From contig NW_021826570.1 of the NCBI RefSeq assembly GCF_006345805.1, positions 1 through 12,419 on the forward strand: DNA of 12,419 nt. The letters are read 5' to 3'. Each line of letters starts with the position of its first letter. Within the stretch, counting starts at the first letter, position 1. The stretch is from Octopus sinensis. Taxonomy: Eukaryota. Below are positions 10,265 through 12,419 of the stretch, piece by piece. The notes under the pieces were generated by a model that searched no databases, was not told where the DNA came from, and worked only from the letters and a program-made list of their open reading frames with translations. The position numbers were made by a program, and so were the translations under genes.

Positions 10265-10345
10265 AAACGATTTCTGTTCAATCTTCGTTCAACTCCATTT
10301 CTTCAATTCACTATATATATATATATATATATAATATATATATAT

Positions 10346-10546
10346 AAAAAAACACAACAACGCGAGGACGTGGAACAAATATAGTATTATTGGACGCTCA
10401 GGAAAGAAAGAAAGAAGGAGGGTTTAATGTTTCGAGCGGAGCTCTTCGTCGGAAACATACGAGAAGGAAAGATCCAGAGAAGGGAAGACAGAGGGAAAAA
10501 AATCGCCAAAGGTACACACGCGGTCACATTTTGAAAGTCAAAGAGG
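10346..10546 (-). mobile_element. Short PLE-type 3'/pLTR fragment carrying a minimal, variant hammerhead (10421-10456)
   Basis: Minus strand: GTTT-CCGACGA-A-GAGC-TCC-GCTC-GAAAC-ATT-AAAC. Stem I GTTT/AAAC and stem II GAGC/GCTC are present, but the core reads CCGA instead of CUGA and stem III reads ACAT instead of ACGT. Confidence 0.65.
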
Positions 10547-10566
10547 TACATATACATGTACATATA

Positions 10567-10979
10567 GTGGTTGTCTACTCCTCATGCAGAGTCTGCCAAC
10601 CTCCTGCACCTACACCTTAGAACCATCATGGCATCTGATTTGGCTTTTTAAACCAGACAGTGTATTGGAAAGACGCCCACATAGATTGCACCTCTGATTT
10701 GGACCACCTGGAGCTGTAGCTAAGTTCTGCTGTTTGTGGATCTTAAAATGACTCTTGGGGCCTCCGTTGGATTTCCAAACCTTCTGGCATACACTCTATT
10801 CAAAGATGTGCACAGGCATGTATGTTGGTGGAGGTTCGTTTTCCATGATTTCGTAGATGGGATTTGAGCCCAGCAAAAGACAGGCAGGGTCTGTCACAGA
10901 CTGTGCACACAAAAAGGTCATTGCCATTCCCCTTCTCGATCGTGACATTCTTCCTTAAATCTCTTTTGAGTCTTACTTG
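10567..10979 (-). pseudogene. 5'-truncated LINE 3' end (RTE-like) encoding three decayed C2H2 zinc fingers and a short 3' UTR
   Basis: RLKRDLRK...FVCTVCDRPCLSFAGLKSHLRNH (ZF1, 10907-10845); after a frameshift FE*SVCQKVWKSNGGPKSHFKIH (ZF2, 10798-10736); QRCNLCGRLSNTLSGLKSQIRCH (ZF3, 10690-10628); stop 10612-10610. A basic patch followed by CxxC..C.S..GL.SH.R.H is typical of RTE ORF C-termini. Confidence 0.75.
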
Positions 10980-11169
10980 TATGTGTATATGCATGCATAT
11001 ATATATATATATGCATAATGCACGAAAGTCTCGGACTTTGTTACTTCTGCTGAATATTAATAAAAATATACATCTTTGGTGTCCTCTCGAAAATCGTAAA
11101 TATTCCATGAAACGAAATATTTCTGGATGAAACTGTAACGCGGTACAGTGTTTGCATATGATGTTTCAC

Positions 11170-11199
11170 TGTGTGTGTGTGTGTTGTGTGTGTGTGGTG

Positions 11200-11230
<31 letters not shown>

Positions 11231-11250
11231 TGTGTGTGTGTGTGTGTGTG
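11170..11250. repeat. (GT)n microsatellite
   Basis: Directly visible. Confidence 0.95.
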
Positions 11251-11585
11251 CATTTGTGTGTTTGCATACGTATACATCTTTGGTTATATTGTGAAGTGGT
11301 TCGAGGAATTATATTGAGAGACACCGGGCTTTTAAAATGTGATTTGAAGAAGCTGTCAGCATAAGAGAGATTATCTTGAATAGTGGCCTTAGGCTCGAAA
11401 TATTGATACATTAAAATATCTTTTATATTAAATACAAACAAAAACTTAATCTCTTCATTGTTGACGGATCCATCAGCGCTGTCTCAAACACATACCTTTA
11501 AAAGCGTTTGCGTGTGTTGGGAGATTGTTAAATATAAAAAGTGTACAAAAATAACGAACAGAACTCAATACAAGCTATAAGAAAA

Positions 11586-11712
11586 GGGATCCGTGGTCCT
11601 TCCCGAGTCATAGACTCATAAGGCTGTTTTACGGTTTTTGTAGTGTATCTATTCCGCACTGGATAGACTCGAGTGGCGTGAAAGGAAGGGTTTTGCTCAA
11701 AAACACAACATA
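11586..11712 (-). mobile_element. SINE body and 3' part lacking a recognisable tRNA head
   Basis: Minus strand gttgtgtttttgagcaaaacccttcctttcac parallels TTGAGCGAAAACACC in the SINE at 5377-5680. The 3' part atgagtctatgactcgggaaggaccacgg resembles an octopus SINE end from recall. Confidence 0.6.
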
Positions 11713-12419
11713 GCAGACGATTCGCAGCGGATAGTCACAGTTTTACGATTGGGCAGACGATTCGCAGCGGATAGTCACAGTTTTATGATGGGGCAGACGA
11801 TTCGCAGCGGATAGTCACAGTTTTATGATGGGGCAGACGGTTCGTAGAGGGTAGTCACAGTTTTATGATGGGGCAGACGATTCGCAGCGGATAGTCACAG
11901 TTTTATGATTGGGCAAACGATTCGCAGCAGATAGTCACAGTTTTACGACGGAGCAGACGATTCGCAGCGGATAGTCAAAGTTTTATGATTGGGCAGACGT
12001 TTCGCAGCGGATAGTCACAGTTTTACGACGGAGCAGACGATTCGCAGCGGATAGTCACAGTTTTATGATTGGGCAGACGATTCACAGCGGATAGTCACAG
12101 TTTTATGATGGGGCAGACGGTTCGTAGAGGGTAGTCACAGTTTTATGATTGGGCAGACGATTCGCAGGGGATAGTCACAGTTTTATGATGGGGCAGACGA
12201 TTCGCAGGGGATAGTCACAGTTTTATGATGGGGCAGACGATTCGCAGAGGATAGTCACAGTTTTATGATGGGGCAGATGATTCGCAGCGGATAGTCACAG
12301 TTTTACGATGAGGCAAACGATTCGCAGCGGATAGTCACAGATTTACGACGGAGCAGACGATTCGCAGCGGATAGTCACAGTTTTATGATTGGGCAAACGA
12401 TTCGCAGCTGATAGTCCAG
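11713..12419. repeat. 40-bp minisatellite, 17 full units plus a partial unit (may run off the window)
   Basis: Consensus GCAGACGATTCGCAGCGGATAGTCACAGTTTTATGAT(G/T)GG, exact 40-bp period with no indels in the full units and no spacers. Confidence 0.97.

Larger units (their letters stand above)
9776..10313. repeat. Long inverted repeat (arms 9776-9917 and 10171-10313, spacer ~250 nt), PLE pseudo-LTR type
   Basis: Perfect inverted matches 9829-9909/10179-10259 (81 bp) and 9790-9828/10261-10299 (39 bp), separated by a 1-nt indel; a few mismatches at the outer ends. Confidence 0.95.

Noticed and set aside
10610-10979. Intact host C2H2 zinc-finger gene
   Set aside because: Frameshift, a stop at a Cys position, a His>Gln change, no TGEKP linkers, and abrupt 5' truncation in a microsatellite favour a LINE remnant.
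11713-12419. CRISPR-like array
   Set aside because: Units are contiguous 40-mers with no unique spacers, there are no cas genes, and the context is eukaryotic.

Overview
AT-rich eukaryotic (animal) non-coding DNA, probably intronic or intergenic. The SINE and repeat types resemble those I recall from Octopus (inference, not verified). No intact host protein-coding gene is supported; most ORFs in the supplied track are translations of (AT)n/(GT)n/(ACAT)n microsatellites. The window is a mosaic of retroelement remnants, almost all on the minus strand. They include two decayed Penelope-like (PLE) GIY-YIG endonuclease fragments (696-1240, ~7390-7880), several tRNA-derived SINE or SINE-like pieces, and an RTE-type LINE 3' end with three C2H2 fingers (10567-10979). 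There is also a small PLE-type hammerhead element (10346-10546) and a 40-bp minisatellite (11713 to the window end) abutting a headless SINE. The most notable structure is a ~140-bp inverted repeat (9776-9917 / 10171-10313) in which each arm carries a hammerhead ribozyme with a complete catalytic core, one on each strand. Second is a PLE endonuclease ORF followed ~30 nt after its stop by tRNA-like Pol III A/B boxes and an (AAT)n tail.
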